A stretch of 64,000 nt of DNA from Geosiphon pyriformis uo1 (GCA_016748015.1 JAAOMT010000607.1:682001-746000), one strand, 5' to 3'. Shown: positions 1 to 15,109, counted from the stretch's first letter. Numbers and translations: made by a program. Notes: a model not told the origin generated them from the letters alone.

Positions 1-302
1 TTTGGCACCTGCTGTTTCTGAATTGGCCTCTCAGTAATCTTATAGAAAGATTTGTGATTTTGGTGTCAAATTGGGTATTCATATGTGTTTTGGCTTACAT
101 TTTGGGTTGGCGAATTTGCATTTTGGTTTCTTGTGTAACTTCTCTGTCATGGGTAATTTAGGTATGTAGTGTTGCCTTGATTGGCCTAAGTGGCTGGTCA
201 TGTGTAGAAAGAGCATGAGCCATGCTTAATTTAGGGTCCTGTTTGATTTTATGTGTTTAGATAGTAATTGGGCTGCACTCGTTAAATCAAATAAAAAAAA
301 AA
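1..302 (+). mobile_element. LINE 3' end (copy A): end of ORF2, conserved 3' tail and A-tail; continues off the left edge
   Basis: Stop TAG at 167-169 followed by TGTTGCCTTGATTGGCCTAAGTGGCTGGTCA...TAGATAGT...CACTCGTTAA and an A-run. This matches the tails at 37855-37994 and 55191-55324. Confidence 0.9.
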
Positions 303-799
303 TTATATATATAATAAAACTAAATATTATAATTAATATAAATAATATAAAATTAATAAAAAAGCCAAAAAAACAAATAAAACCAAAACTTTATTTTTTA
401 TAAAAAAAAAGTTGGTTTTAAGATATTAAAAATAATACCAAAAACACCAAAAAAATTTTAACACTTTAAAAAAGTTATTATTCAACATAATAAAAAACTA
501 AAAAAATTGTTTTTTAACTAATTTGGTTTTAAATAATAATAAAAAAACAAAAAAAAAATAATTTAATTATTGGTTTTTTATTAAATATTTTTAGGTTTTT
601 AATTAAGACAAATTATATTAAAACTATCTTAAATAAACTTTTTTAATAAAACTTTAAAAAAAAAACATTACTTAAAAATAAAAAAAATATTTTAAATTAA
701 AAAACATTTTTATAAAATATTATTAAATGGTTTTTACAGCTGTAAGTATTTTATTAATCTTAATTGTTTTAGAAAATAAAAGAATTACAACTTTTTTAA

Positions 800-3700
800 T
801 TTTTTTTTTTTTATAAGATTAATAAGTAAAGTCCAACTATTATCTAGTACATATAACCAAACTAAGTAGAAAAAACTAAATATAGTTTACATACTTACTA
901 CATGTGGCTAGTCACTCATGTCAGACAAGGCAACATTATATAACTATGCTAACAAACATATCATTATCTAAACCTGAAAAAAAATGATATATTCTGTGTC
1001 TATCAAAACTAACAGCAAAAAATTTCATAATATCAAGCATATAAACTATCCTATTTAATAACAAAAACACCACACAATGAGACAAGTTTGAAACCAAATT
1101 ATTATTACTGACCAAACCAGTCTTTTTTATATTTACTCTATGCTTAGATTTAACAAACTACACTTTGGCATAATATAATTTCACTACAAACCTAATGTAT
1201 TCAACAAAAGCCAGAGTAGTTTTTTTTCTTCTTTCAAAGATCAAAATAGTCTTAGCAAGCCAATTTTCCAACACAAAGCTTTTGTAAATCACAGCATAAA
1301 GATATATATTTAAAGAACACATTAAAAGCAAATGCAAAACAGCTGAAGCAGATGAGCAAAAAGGACCTGTTAATAATGTTTATTTTGTAACAGTTTCAGC
1401 CAAGATGTTCTTATGGAGACTAATGTTGCCAGAACAAATAAAAACATTATCAAACAACTCTATTTTACTATACAGCAAACACAGCACCCCAAGATAATTT
1501 TTGTTATATAATCCCTTTCTAACTACTATTGACAGCCATCTATGTGCTGTTTTTATCAAATATATATGCAAATTAGCTGATTTTCTATTAGTAAATTCAG
1601 ACAGTATGTACAAATCAAATTGCCAAATTTTTGTAATAATAGCCCAATCTATTTTCCTAATTATAGCACTTGGAATTATATCATAACCAAGACCAGCCTT
1701 TTAATAAACACAGCAAATCAACTGGTGTAAATCACAACAAAATAACAAGTATTACCAAATACAGCAGTATTTTTAGCAACCAAAAACCATTCCCAAATTT
1801 TATGTGGCAAAAAAAAAAAAAAGTGGCTTTACCAGCCAACATATTAGCTCTAACATTGTTTAAAATTTCTGAATGTTTCTTAACTTTTACTTAATTAACC
1901 AAAATGTTTTTATTTTTAATAAAATTAGCTATATGCAATCTTTTTATTCAACATTGATTGTGGAAGTCAGGAACAGCAAACAAAACTTTAGATACACAAA
2001 CATCAATCACAAATTGGCTATCCAAATAAAAAATTATAGCACAAGAAAACAGAACACACTCCAAGGCCAAAACAACAGTTTACAATTCAGCCAAAATAGA
2101 AAACAAAAGCCCAAACACTTTAACTTCAATATCCACATCTGTAGTTAGAAAGTAAGCAGTCATTTTACTCATTATCTTAGCAGAACTAACACCTTTCAAA
2201 GACCCATAAGTATAGACTTCAATACAATCCAATTATATTTTTAATAAACTGCCATGTACATTAAAAAACCTCTTAGAATTTAAAATATTTAACACAGATA
2301 ACTTGAAATTAACAGCAAACTTGACTTTCAAAGAAACATTATTGCCTATAAACTCAGACATTAATGCAAACCAGTAAGGCACAAGACTTCTTAAATCCAA
2401 TCTTTTTTACTGTTGAAATGTTTTTCAGTTCATCATATTTTTTTTCTTGTCCAAAAGTCTATTACCAAATGCAATACCAAACCACTTCAAAAAAAGAACA
2501 GAATTATAGAACAAGAGCTGTTCCAAGATGCCAGACTAGAAATCTATTAGACTTATAAAAAGCACTAAGCAAATTGTTCATTAAAAACAACTTATTATTC
2601 AAAAATATTCTTATTACACTGGCCAAAAAATTATTCACTGGACTAATACACAACTTGACAAAAAATTGCAAAGAATCCAAAGAAAACCACTCCAGAACCT
2701 GTAAATTCAAAAACTTATGTTCAAATAAATGCCCAAGAACCTCTCAAACATTAGAAAAGGAGATTAGTGAAGCCAACTTCTCTTTAGACTGGACTTGTTC
2801 AAAAGACTTCAAACAATACAAGGATAAATGATACAATATCTTACTAAGAAAGTTATGTGGTAAACCAGTCTTAGCTCTAAGACTCTTCCTAATTGTTACA
2901 TTTCACTTGTAACACACACCCACAGATACAAAACTAAACTGCATCTAATAGCTAACTATGAACTACAAAATAGCTAAAACTAAGTAAAAAAATTGTTTAT
3001 TTGTAATAGTTTTCCTCAACACCACATTAGAAAAAAACCTAAAATTAGACTTAAAGAGACTTTTAATAGACAAAAAAATTCCCAAGTACTTGTGCAACTC
3101 ACCTTTCTTAGTAATTAAATTTGGCAGACTATTAATCAGCAGTAAAACTATCCTGACACCTTGATTGATAAGAATAGTCACAGTTTTATTATTATTAATT
3201 GAGATGTTATTGATAACAAAAAACTTACTAACAATGTTCAAAATATACTATACAGAAGCTTAACAACTTCCAATTTAAATTGTATTATTAACAAAGGCAT
3301 TAGTAACAAAAAAAGAAATCTTCTCTCCAACAGTCTCAATTCTGTCAGACTTAGCCACAAACTTAGAATTAATTCTGTATTCACACAAATGTTTATGCCT
3401 CTTTATTTTGCACAAAAGTAGATCATAAAAAATTCTTTAAAAAAGCAAAGAAAACACCTCATTCTAATTCAAACTATTATGAACCTTATAACTATTTGAG
3501 AGTCCAAAATCCATTATTATTCTATTGAACTGATCTTCATGAATGTTGCTAAAAAATATAATAAACCAACTGCATATCTTAATGTAATACAAACTAGTCT
3601 TAAAATAATGCCAGTTTACTGAATCATAAGCTTTGCACATATTTTATAGTATCAATCAAAGCTCTTTGTTTTTTTTCAAGACATTCTCAACAATTGACCC

Positions 3701-5100
3701 AACAGCAAAAATAAAAAACTGAGTTGAAGTATCTTTTAACACTAAAAAATTATTACTATGAAGAATGTTAAATTTGCTGTAAGCCAACAAAATTCAATTA
3801 GAAAGAATCTTAAACAAGATCTTATGAGCTATTTTGACTAATATAATAGACTTAATATTTATTAAAACTTTATTCCATTTATAAGATTTTGGGATTATCA
3901 AAACCCATGTTCTCTTTTAGGAAGCTAGAACCATATTCAAAGACAAACATAAATTCAAAAGTCTTAAAAGACACATCAACATCTTATTATCACAATGTTT
4001 CCAAAGCTTATTAGGAATCCCTAACAATTCAGCAGCTTTATTATTTGGCAAATTACCAATAACCAAAAACAACTCCTCTATATTAGTCTTTTTTATAATA
4101 CTTAAGAAAGCATTATTATTCATATAGTCTAGAGGCATATATTAACAAAACTAAAGATTAGACATCTTTAAGAGCACTAACCATTTTCTAGTCTACTTTA
4201 CCATAATTTTATCTATCTTAAGTTTTATTTTATCAGGCTTAACCACCAACTTATTATTTACCACCAAGTAATCCAAAACAACCTTACAAAATAGATGTTC
4301 TAAAATGTTTTTTATCATCTAGTCTTTATTAGAACAAAAATTTTCCATATGATGGTTAATCTTCTTTCTAATAACCATATCTTTAGCAGTTTTTAACTCA
4401 TAATACTTAGATTTTCAATACTCTTTTTTTACTACTAACAGATGTTTAATCAAATTCATTAAATTTATATCATCCAAAATCATATTATTAATCTTGGATG
4501 CCTTAATTTCATTAATAGTCAACCAAATCTTAACAAAATAATCAAAATTCAAAAAATTTCCAAAAACCCAATACCTTATAATTTTTGCAACAAGCTGTTT
4601 TAATTTAAAGAATTTTGAAGAATGTTTGTTTTTTGAACAATTATATTCACTATATCAAACTCTAGAAAACATTCTATCAACAGCTTGTATCATGGCTTTT
4701 TTTAGCATTTTCTATATAGTATTCAAGTCATTTTTGTTCTTTGCAATTCCAAACATACTTGATTTTAACAACAACTTAGTGAAAAAATGCTCCTTAAAAT
4801 ACAACTATTGAGTTTTATTCACATTTTCTAACTTGAATTTCTGCTAGTTCCAATTGGTCTGCTTACAAATGCTGTTAAGATAAGTATCCAAAAATTCACC
4901 CAAACTAATTAAGATTGAAACTGCCTTATGGTCTGTATCAAAAAACTCTAACATATTATTGACTTTATATAATGCAATTGCAAATGCCAGATTCTTACTC
5001 ACAAAAATAAAATTGATGATCTTTTTGATGCTCCTGGAATTGGCCCAAGTAGGAGTCTTAACAAAAAAATGTTCATAAAATAAGTTGACTAACCTTAATT
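800..5100 (-). mobile_element. 5'-truncated, heavily degenerate LINE (copy B): end of APE, RT, RNase H, Zn finger, 3' tail
   Basis: Minus-strand ORF fragments (e.g. 3917-4138 'LPNNKAAELLGIPNKLWKHC', 2963-3241 'HKYLGIFLS', 1380-1613 'VLCLLYSKIE') align with ORF2 of 33172-37857. The tail motif is at ~815-938 and the T-run at 800-812. Confidence 0.9.
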
Positions 5101-8100
5101 ATTGTTAGCCCAAAAGACTTGGTAAACTTTTCAAGTAGATTTCTCTTTTTTTTTCAAATTCAATCAGTAGTTGTGGTTGAGTAGTTTGTGGTTTGAAATG
5201 ACCACATATAGCTAATACTTGCATGCATTATTTATTTTAACTGAGCTGTAACTTTTGGGTGGTTTAGTCAAACATAATAATAGTCTTAAACAGCCAGTTA
5301 TTACCAATTAGTGCTTGGTACTATGTGGTTTCTATAAAAAAAACTTTAATTAACATGATAATGCTGTTAACTTTAAATAGGAAGTTATTGATTTCACCAA
5401 TTGGGGTCTTTGTTGTTTCATTTACAGTAATAATTCTAATGTTAACAGTGCAATTAATTTGGCAACTTAATTGGTTTATAAGTTGTTGTGTGATAATGCT
5501 GTCTGCTAATTTATTATCAAAGATTAGCTTAATAAAGTAGCCATCAACTTTTACATCAGTGTATATTATGGTAATTGGTTTTGCTTTAAGGGTAATTCTA
5601 TTAAATAAAGATATTTTAACTGGTTTCTCAAATTCAAAAGAAAAGATAACAGTAAGTGATTTGTCTTTAATGATAGTTGTTAGTGAAATATTGTTGATAA
5701 GTAATTGAGTTTGATTGGGTTCTAATGAATTAAGTATGGTAATTTTTGAAGATACTAAAAGACATAAATAGTATTAAACATTTGGGTTTTGAACATAATT
5801 AGTTCCCAAATTTTGCTGTTATGATCCAGATTGTTGGAATGCTAAATTAAGAATCAATTGGTACATTACTATTATCAATCTTCAGTTCTGATGGATTTGG
5901 GTAGTTCTTAGTCTTTGGCTTTTATTTTGAATTAAGTTTTATGGCTGGATTTGAATTTGTTGGAATTAATAAATGACTTATGGTTATAGTTAATATATTG
6001 CTAATACTGGAGTCTAATAAATTAGCAGTAAGTATATTTGCTGTATTATTGGTAGATAATAAGACTGATATTGGTCTTAATTTGGTTGATAGTTTAGAGT
6101 TTGAAATTGGTAATTAGGATTTTAATATTAATTTTCCAATTGTTAATTATTTAACTGGATGCAACAATCAATTTGCAAATGTTCTTGTTTACCACAATAG
6201 TAGCAAATATACATCTCTTGTTACCATTGTTAATTGGTTGACAAAGATATATGTAGTTAATTTTGGAGACAATTTAGATTTTCCAGATTATTGTAATATT
6301 ATGAAAGTTAATAAATTGCTTAATTATTAGTTAAGTATTTTTCTAATTTTTGATTAATAAAATTACTGAATTGCTTTAACTTGAAATTCAAGTCAAATGA
6401 TTCATTTATTACTAGATTAATAACTTGAGCATAATTGGCTTTTAGCTTGGTTGATTCAAAATTTTTAGCATAAGTAACTGTATCTTAAAGTGTTTGTGGA
6501 TATAATAAACATATATGCTAAAGAATACTACTACATAGCCCATGAATAAACTGGTTTAAAATCTGTGGCACTATAAAGCAATTCATGTTAATTGCTTGTA
6601 TTTAATGCAGATTTCTATAAAAGCATTTTAGATAAGTAGTAACTGCTTCTGTGTTATCTTGTTTGATAGTAATGAATGCTATTGCCAAGTAATTAATGCT
6701 GTTATTATTGCTAAAGTATCTTAGAAATTTGGTTTTAAACACATTAAAGATAATAAATTTGTTAATCAAACTCTAATATCATAAATCAGTAATATTCTGT
6801 AAAAAGTATGATATAGTTTATAGAACTTTGGTATTATCCCAATTGTTAACAATAATTGCTTTGGGAACATCATTAAACCAGACTTGAGTATTGTTTTCTT
6901 TACTGGTAAACTTTTCTAACTTGATAATAGAAGCATATGCTATTAATAATAATTGTTGTGGTAATTGTTATTAAAGTTGTTGTTGAATAGCAATTGGTAC
7001 AATTAGTGGTGGCTCAATTACAATTACTGGAGGTAAGTTTTGGGGAATAATAAAAGCTGGGTTTAGATTATTTGGGTTTTGCTGAGTTAGAATAATTGAA
7101 GTTTGAATTTTTAAATTTTCTGAAATTGGGTTTTAGTAATTAAATTCTTGATCTTCATTTTTCTCTTTTTCTGAGTCAGTTCTTTTTCAAAAACTAGCAG
7201 CTCCAAAATCAGGTTAAGATAGTGGTGATTGAAATTCTGATTACATTGAAAATTGCAATTTAAATCCTCAAAAAAATTGCTATAAGTTCTCAATAAATTG
7301 GCTTTTTCTTGTTGGCTTTGGAATATTATTCTTGCTGATAGTGTTTTTGCTAATGATAATACAATTCTTGATAATATATTAATAGTATTTCTAAATGTGT
7401 AGTGATATGATGAGTGAATAAGTGAAATTACTTTTGGTTTCTTCCAAGTAGGTGGTTGTATTTTTTTTGGTGTTTCTGCTAATGTCTGTAATTTTTCTTT
7501 GTTTTTGTCTGCATAAGTAATGGAAAATTTTTGTTGGGTGTAACTTTCAATTTTTTGGTTGATTTCAGTAATAGTAGGAGCAAAGTTGTAATTTAATGAT
7601 AAGTTGGTATATTGAATTAATTTAATATAGAAATTTCTTCTTGCTGATTTAGTATTAGTTGGTTTTCTTAGAAAGTATGTAATTCTGTTATTGACATAAT
7701 AATTGAAGACTGATTTGGCTGGCCAATAATTGCTGGTTAATTCTAACTATTGGTAATATTATTGAAATAAAGATTTTATGAATCTTAAGTAATTTGTTCT
7801 TATTACTTCTAATTTTGTCACTGTTTTGGATGGTTGTTATTGATGCTGGTTTTCTGTTAAATTATATCTTACAGAAAACACCAAATGTTACAGGTGATTA
7901 TTTGGGTAATTGGAATAAATAATAAACCTATAATTTGGTACTTAATAGTTAAATGATGTTGATAATATCTGAAGATTTTTATATCTGAAAATTTTGGTAA
8001 TCTAAAGGTTTTAGTTAAGTCCTTTATATAATGGACAAAGATTCAATAATTGTTTTAGTAGCTTTCTAAAATGATTATTTTATTAAATTTTTTTTTTCAA

Positions 8101-8738
8101 TATGGTAACTGGTTTTTTCTGGTAGTTGTACTCTTCTAATAAACTATTTTTATATTTTCTAAACTCTATACTCTTATTTTTGGGTCTTTTACCAGGTTAT
8201 TTTTGACATCAATTACTTAGTGCTTAATTTCTTTAATCAGTTAGTAAATTAAGAAACAACAAAATAAAATAAAATAATAAAAAATAATAAAAAAAATAAA
8301 AATAAAATAAAAAATTAGTATCTTATTAATAATCATAATCAAGAGTTATTGTTTTAGTATAGTTAAGTATTGAATATTATTAACACTTTATATTAATAAT
8401 AGATAAGTAGTAAAGATTTTTAATTAAACAATAATAATATAAATTGGATGAAAATAAGTATGTTTATTTGATATTGTAATAAATTTACTTTGGTTAACTA
8501 TTCATAAAGTAAAAGTTAATTAATAAATAAGAAAAAAAATGTAAAATTAAAACTGAATCAAATTCTGTCTTTTCTTATTTCTAATACTATTGCTATATAT
8601 ATATAGTTGATATTATACAAGATTCCTAGAATTCTGAAATTTTAGGATTCTGAAATTCTGGAATTTTTTTATTACTATGTCTATTTTTGATTGGTTATTT
8701 TTTTAACTATATAATACTCCTAATTTCTATGAGTAACA
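5101..8738 (-). mobile_element. Degenerate Ty3/Gypsy-type LTR retrotransposon 1 (LTR/leader, gag, CCHC knuckle, aspartic protease; 3' part missing)
   Basis: Begins TGTTAC at 8738 (minus), with a TATA-like run at ~8595. My minus-strand translation gives gag-like 'KLEKFTSKENNTQVWFNDV' (~6870-6925), 'CYYCGKQEHLQIDC' (~6165-6210) and protease-like 'IYTDVKVDGYFIKLI(F/L)DN' (~5515-5570). Many stops. Confidence 0.75.
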
Positions 8739-11700
8739 ATACTTAAAAAAAGTGTTTTATAAGTTATTTTTTTCTTAAGCTTTTTTTAAAACTATTTTAT
8801 CTTTTCAAAGACAATTATTTTTGCTTTTACTAATAAGTTAAGAATGATACCAAATCTTTTTTACAAAATGTTTTTATAATTTTTTATTGTAATTTTTTCA
8901 AAGAGTATTGTTTCAATATTAATTTTTATTGGTAGTATTGCTATTTATTTATAGAGCAGATAAAAAGATTTATAACTTGTTATGTTATAATTTACAGTTC
9001 TATAAGCAAACAAAGCTAAAAACAGTATTTTGTCTTATAAGTTTGTTTTTTTACTGGTTTTAATTAAAGTTTTATATAGTATTTTATTGAAATATTACAC
9101 CAAGCTATTTGTTTAAAGATAATAAGAAAAAAAAAGTTTGTAATATATTCTCATTTTTTTATAAAATTTTTTAATCAGTGCACTAAAAAAAGCTTTTTTT
9201 CTATTAAATAAAAATTTTTTGGTGCAACCATGATAACAAATAATATCTTTATAAATAAAATTAATAATAAAGACTGGTGTTTAATCTAAAATAGTTTTTG
9301 CTTTTACTTACTTTGTAAGATAATCAATAACTATGATAATATATCTATTGCTATTAGAGATTATAATTAAAAATATAATAACATCTATACCAATTTTGTT
9401 AAATGGTTAACCAACAGAGATTAGATAAATGTCTTTTTTGTGATTGGGTTTTTTTCTTTTTTGGCAAATATTATATGTTTTAATATACTTAGTAATGTTT
9501 TTTTCTAAAATAAACCAATAATAGCAAGCAAGTGTTTTTTGAATTGTTTTAGTCTTTTCAAAGTGTTTAGCTAATGAATTAGTATACATATTATAAATCA
9601 TAATTTTTTTTTAATAACTCTCTGAGAATAATCAGAATTTTTTCTATTTTTTTTGTATAGTTGATTATGATAGATTAAATAAAAATTTGATTGTTTTTGC
9701 AAATGTTTTTTTTGTTGTTAAGAATAATTCAGTGAGTATTGTTTTTTATTCAAAAATTTTATTAAGACAAAGTAGTTGTTTAAGTTTATTATTGTGTTTG
9801 TTTTAAGAAGGAGTTACTAATAATTAAATTGGTTTGGTTTGAAAGAGTTGTACTATCACTAAATAATAAGTCTAGAGAGAATATTAGTGTTTTGATAATG
9901 AGTTTTTTTACAATATTGTATATTATAGTTGAATTTATCCAGATAAAGTATTTAGTAAGTTATTTGTTTATGTTTCAGCTTTTTTTTTGTGCAGCCAAAC
10001 TAAGGCTTAATGATCTGTTACCACCAGAAATTTGACACCAATAAAATATTTATTCCAATAACTGGTAGTTCATACTACTATTAGGCATTTTTGTTTAATA
10101 ACTAAGTAATTCTGTTCTGTTAAGAAAAATATTTTACTGGCATATGTTATAATATATTCTTTGGTATTTTTATTTTTTTGCAAGAGAACAACACCAAATT
10201 TAAAGCCAAATATATTAGTGTGAAAAATAAAAAGTTGGTTCAAATCAGGTTGTATAAGAATAAATTTAGTAACTAGTTTTTTTATTAGAATTTTAAAAGC
10301 TTTTTGCTAATATATGTTTTAATAGTAATTAACATTTTTTCTAAGTAACTGATTAAAAAAAAAGGCAATTTTGGAAAAATTTTTAACAAATTTGTAATAA
10401 TAAAAGACCAAACCAAGAAAAAAACATAGTTTATAAATATTTATTGGTTGTTTAATGTTTTGAACTTTTTTAATCTTGGCTGAGTTAAAACAAATTCTAT
10501 CTTTTGTAATAAGATGACTAAAAAACTAAACAGATTGTTATTCAAAAAAAAATTTTATTGGATTGATTTTAAAGCCAGCATTTTTAAGAAGATCAAAATT
10601 TTTTTGTAAATGTTTAAAATATTTCTTCCAGGTTTTTAAGTATACTATTATGTTATCCAAATAAACCAGAACAAAGTTTTCTTTTATTGATTCAAATATT
10701 TTGTTTATTAAGCATTAAAAAATGAAAAAAACATTGGTAAGACCAAAAGGCATGATTGTAAATTCATATATACTATATTTGATAATAAAAGTGGTTTTTT
10801 TTTGCTTTTTGAATCTATTTTTACTTGCCAGAATTTAGCAATTAAATCAATAATTAAGAATAAAATAGCATTATTGAATTGGTTTAGTATTGTATTAATC
10901 TTAAAAAATAGGTATATGTCTCTTTTAACAATAGTATTTAATTGACAGTAATTAACATAAAAGTATAAAATTTTATTTTTTTTGAATATTATTACAACTA
11001 AAAAAGCTTATTTACTCTTGGTTTTTTGTATAAATCCAAGATTTTTTATTTAATTTTTTTTTTGATAAACTCATTATTGTAGTAATTAAATTAATAAGAC
11101 TTCAAATAGATAGAATAAATTTCTCTAATGATAATAGTATGTTGTATTACATGAGTTTGTTTAGAAGTATTACTTTTTTTTGAGATAACTGGAGTATTTC
11201 TAGCCAACAAGTTTTTAATATTCACTTTTTTTTTTTAAAAAAAGATTTTTTTTGTTCCATTATTATTAATTGAATTTTTGGTAATTTATTCTTAAAGAAT
11301 TTTTGGTATTTTTTTATTTCTTCTTTGAATATTAAGCTAATTGGTTTTTAATCTTTGTAATAAATTAGGCAAGACTTGTATTCATTATTAAGAAAATACA
11401 ATAATTTATTGCACTAACACTAAACACAAAAACCATGTTATCAATAGCTGTATTTGGCTTTTTTGTCAGGTTTTTGGTCAAAAGTTCTTCTGAATATATC
11501 GTAATAAGGCCAGCAAATAATTTTGTTATTTATAATAATTTTTTTTTGTTTGTTTTGACATTATTTAGTAGCTTGTCATTATAAATAAAGATAATATAAA
11601 CAAATTTAGCAGTTTTTTTTTGTTTTTTTTTGTTTTTTTTTCATTATCTGATTTATTTGATTGTTTTTTTTTCTAGGCTTTGCTTAAGTACTGAAAAAGT

Positions 11701-14341
11701 TGTCCAATGACAACACTTAACCATAATGGATTTCTTATTATATCTGATTGTTAATTCATACAGCTTATAATTAAATAAGACTTTGGTTTTCTTAAGTTAT
11801 TCATTATTAACAATAATAGTGTATTTCTTGGCTTTAGAAACTTCTATATTAGTTTTAATATTGATACTATTGATATAAACAGGAACAGCTTTGGCTATAT
11901 TCAGAATTTTTTTTTTGTTATCATATACATTAGTTATTAATTAAGTAGAAAATTCATTAATTTTCCTTTTAATTGCTTCAAAAAAATGTTTGACAATAAC
12001 AATAATAAATGATTTACTATTTAGAATTAGATTAATAAAATAACCAGCTACTTGGGCTTTGCAGATTAAAGAGATAATATTATTATTGTTAGCAAGTTTA
12101 GTTTAATAAAAGTGCTTGTTGGTTTTTGGTGTTTTTTTTTGGAATTAATGCTTTGTAAAGATCTTTTTTGAATTGTAAATAGATTATTAATTGGCTAAAG
12201 ATAATATAAGCTGGAGTTTTTATAAGATCTTTAACAACAAAATAGGGTCCAGATTTTTGTACAATTTTTGAAGATTTTAACTTTAGAGAATTTTTAAAAA
12301 CTTTGGTTTTTGGTGGTTTATTGTTATTAACAGTAGAAATTAAAACTTTATTGGGATCTAAAATGAAATTAATCTTGGCTTTTTTTTTTTTTTGTGAATT
12401 CAGAGAGGTTAATAGCCAGTTTATTCATATTATAATCATCATTAGTTAAATTAAAAGCAAAAAAAGAGTTTTTTTCTGATTGGCTTGTATTCTTACTTAT
12501 TGAAAGTGTACTTACCAGTTTAAAGACTGATAAATAATGGCTTTAACTAAGAGATTTTTTTCAAAAAAATTGATGTTAACATAATTAGGTTTTTGATTGA
12601 AAACATTATTATTATTAAGTTGTTCTAAGTATTATTGTTTTTAAAAACTGAAGAAAGTAATAGAAAATTATTACAATCTCTTAAGAAATATCCAATTAAT
12701 CTACAATGATAGTATACAGATGGGCTATGATTTTGTTGTCTTTGATAAGAAGACTGCTGGGGCTGATTAAAATGGGGTTTAAATCTAGGTTTTTAGAGTT
12801 GTTAAGTTTTTTTAACTGCTTGGATTAAGAGCTCTAATAACCAGACAAGATTGGCTGTAAGTTTATTTATTAATTGTTCATTGAGATCTTGGATTTGAAC
12901 AGCAAAAGAAGTAACAGCTATTTAAGAAGCAAGAGCCAGAATAGAAACAAAAACAAAAACAAAAACTGAAAGAATAAATTCTAAATATATTCTTTGATTG
13001 TCTTCAATTTTTTGCACAAGTTTAATAATTATATCTATTGTGTAATTATTTTTTAGGGCTAAAAAAGACCAAAAAACATATAAAAGATTAGTTTTTAATT
13101 CTTTTGTAAAAAAATAAATCTTTTGCTCTTCTGTTTAATTTCTTTCAAAGTTTACTCTTTTAATAAACTTTTTTATTATTTTTGTATATTTAGTTACAAT
13201 TTTACCAGGATTTTGAGTTCTTCTTTTTAGTTCCATATGTTATTTAGAAATTAAGATGAGAGTTTTGAATTTGTTTTCAAATTAGATAATAAAAAAAGTA
13301 TTGTTTTTTCCAGTATTTGTTGGTATTCATTTAATAATTTTTTGCTGGACATTGGTATTGGTTTTTGGTAAGAACTAAATAGCAAAAAAGCCTTAAAAAT
13401 ATTCACTAATAATTTGAAATTTGTAATTAGTATTATATTGATTGGCTGTGACTGCTTTTTTAAAGTTGTCTAATTATTTAATTGGATTTTGGGCATTATC
13501 TCTAAATAATAATAATAAGATATTATTTCTTCATCTTAAAACAGTTTATATACCTTGGAAGATAATTAAGATGTTTGTTTGTATGAGATCAACAGCCATT
13601 GATTTAAGAGTAGCTGTTTGTATAGAATAATCTAATTCACTTAAAAAAAGATCAAAAACAAAAATGGTTTAATAACTTTCTTTTTCTGTTTTAAAGAAAG
13701 TTCTAATTAACTGATAGACAACAATTCAAATGTGAATTTAATAATTCAGATATTCGAAATTAAGAAGCTGTTATTTAAAAGTTATTGATTATAAGAGCTA
13801 ATTAATATTGTTGTTTTTTTTTTAAAGGTTTTTTTAAAGTAAGTTTAATCAAAGAAATAGATTGTATAGGCTGTATAAGTTTTAGCTAAATATTTATTTA
13901 GGAACCAGTTCCAAAAATCTTGGAATTGTCTACTGGATTGTTTTTCAACAGAGAAACAAATCAAGCAAGAGAACAGAAAATTGAATTCAATAAAATTTAA
14001 ATTATTTCTGTTGTTTATTGTAAAATGTTTTTCTAATTGTTATGGCAGATATAAATAATTATTCATATAATAAAGAACAAAATAAATTTTGACAATTTTA
14101 CAAAGAACACTATTTTTATGTTATAAGTTAAAATAACAAACTAATAAATAGCAAAAAAGAACAAAATTGTATAATAGTAAAATAGATTAAAAAGAATTCA
14201 ACTTTAAAGAGTAAATTAAATAAATATAGATTCAATGTATAAAATCAATTTCATAAAATATCTCAGTCACTATTTTTTCCAAAAGATAATCAAAAAATCT
14301 GAAGATAGAGAAATAGTTCATACTGTTAACAAATGATAACA
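8739..14341 (-). mobile_element. Degenerate Ty3/Gypsy LTR retrotransposon 2 (LTR-gag-PR-RT-RNase H-integrase), interrupted at its 3' end by element 1
   Basis: Domain order is Gypsy-type: gag ~12.7-14.0 kb, PR ~12.0 kb, RT 'MPFGLTN...VYLDNIIVY' (decayed YLDD) ~10.6-10.8 kb, RNase H ~10.0-10.3 kb, integrase Zn region in ORF 9407-9601, core 'PFNKIGID...IDYLTK' ~9.3-9.4 kb. Confidence 0.85.
14038..14341 (-). repeat. Probable 5' LTR of Gypsy element 2 (304 bp)
   Basis: Bounded by TGTTAT...ATAACA inverted termini, immediately upstream of the gag-like region. No second copy is present in the window. Confidence 0.55.
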
Positions 14342-14804
14342 CACTAGTATAATTTTATATCTTATATTAACACTTTTAGAATTTGATATCAGATATTAAA
14401 TGTGTTCTTCAATCACATTTTATTCAATAATCTTTAAATACTACAATTACACAAATCAAAAAAAGGATAAAAAAGTACCAACAAGTAATCTTTTATCTTA
14501 AGATATTCAAATACTTAAAAATAAGAAAAAAAAATTAGTAATACGAGAAAAATTAAGATAAAAGTTGTTATTTTATTTCTTTGATTTTTTTGATTTGTAT
14601 ATGTTTTTCTATAGCTAAGAGACTTATTGTTTATATAGCTATTGAAAATAATTAATGATCAAATTAATGATTAGATTAATAGTTAGATTATTAATCAGAT
14701 TAATGATTACTATTTAAAATAAGATGGCTAATTATGTAATATCAATGACTAATACATGTAATAATTAATAAAAACTATAAATTTCAACTATAATAATATA
14801 TTAA

Positions 14805-14930
14805 AATAGTTTACAAACAAGATTTCTGTAAAAAAGTTAACTTTTATAACAAAATAACTGCACAATTTTTAATGAGCTTTCAAACAAATATTCCTAAAAA
14901 AAAATTAACTTTTACTGCAAAATAATTATA
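14805..14930. repeat. Dispersed AT-rich repeat with an internal two-unit duplication; inverted copy at ~41185-41325
   Basis: 'aaatagtttacaaacaagatttctgtaaaaaagttaacttttataacaaaataactgcaca' resembles the reverse complement of 41260-41325. Each locus has two similar units. Confidence 0.55.
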
Positions 14931-15109
14931 TAAGTAACTAGTACAAAATTGGTCATTTCACTTATAAATCTAACAGTTCAAATTATAGAAGATAATTTAA
15001 AAATAAATTCAGTTATTAAAGGTTTAATAACTTCTAATAATTAGAAATTACCAACAAAACAACATTAAAAAAATCCAAAAAAAAAATCCAAAACCTTTGA
15101 TAATATTAT

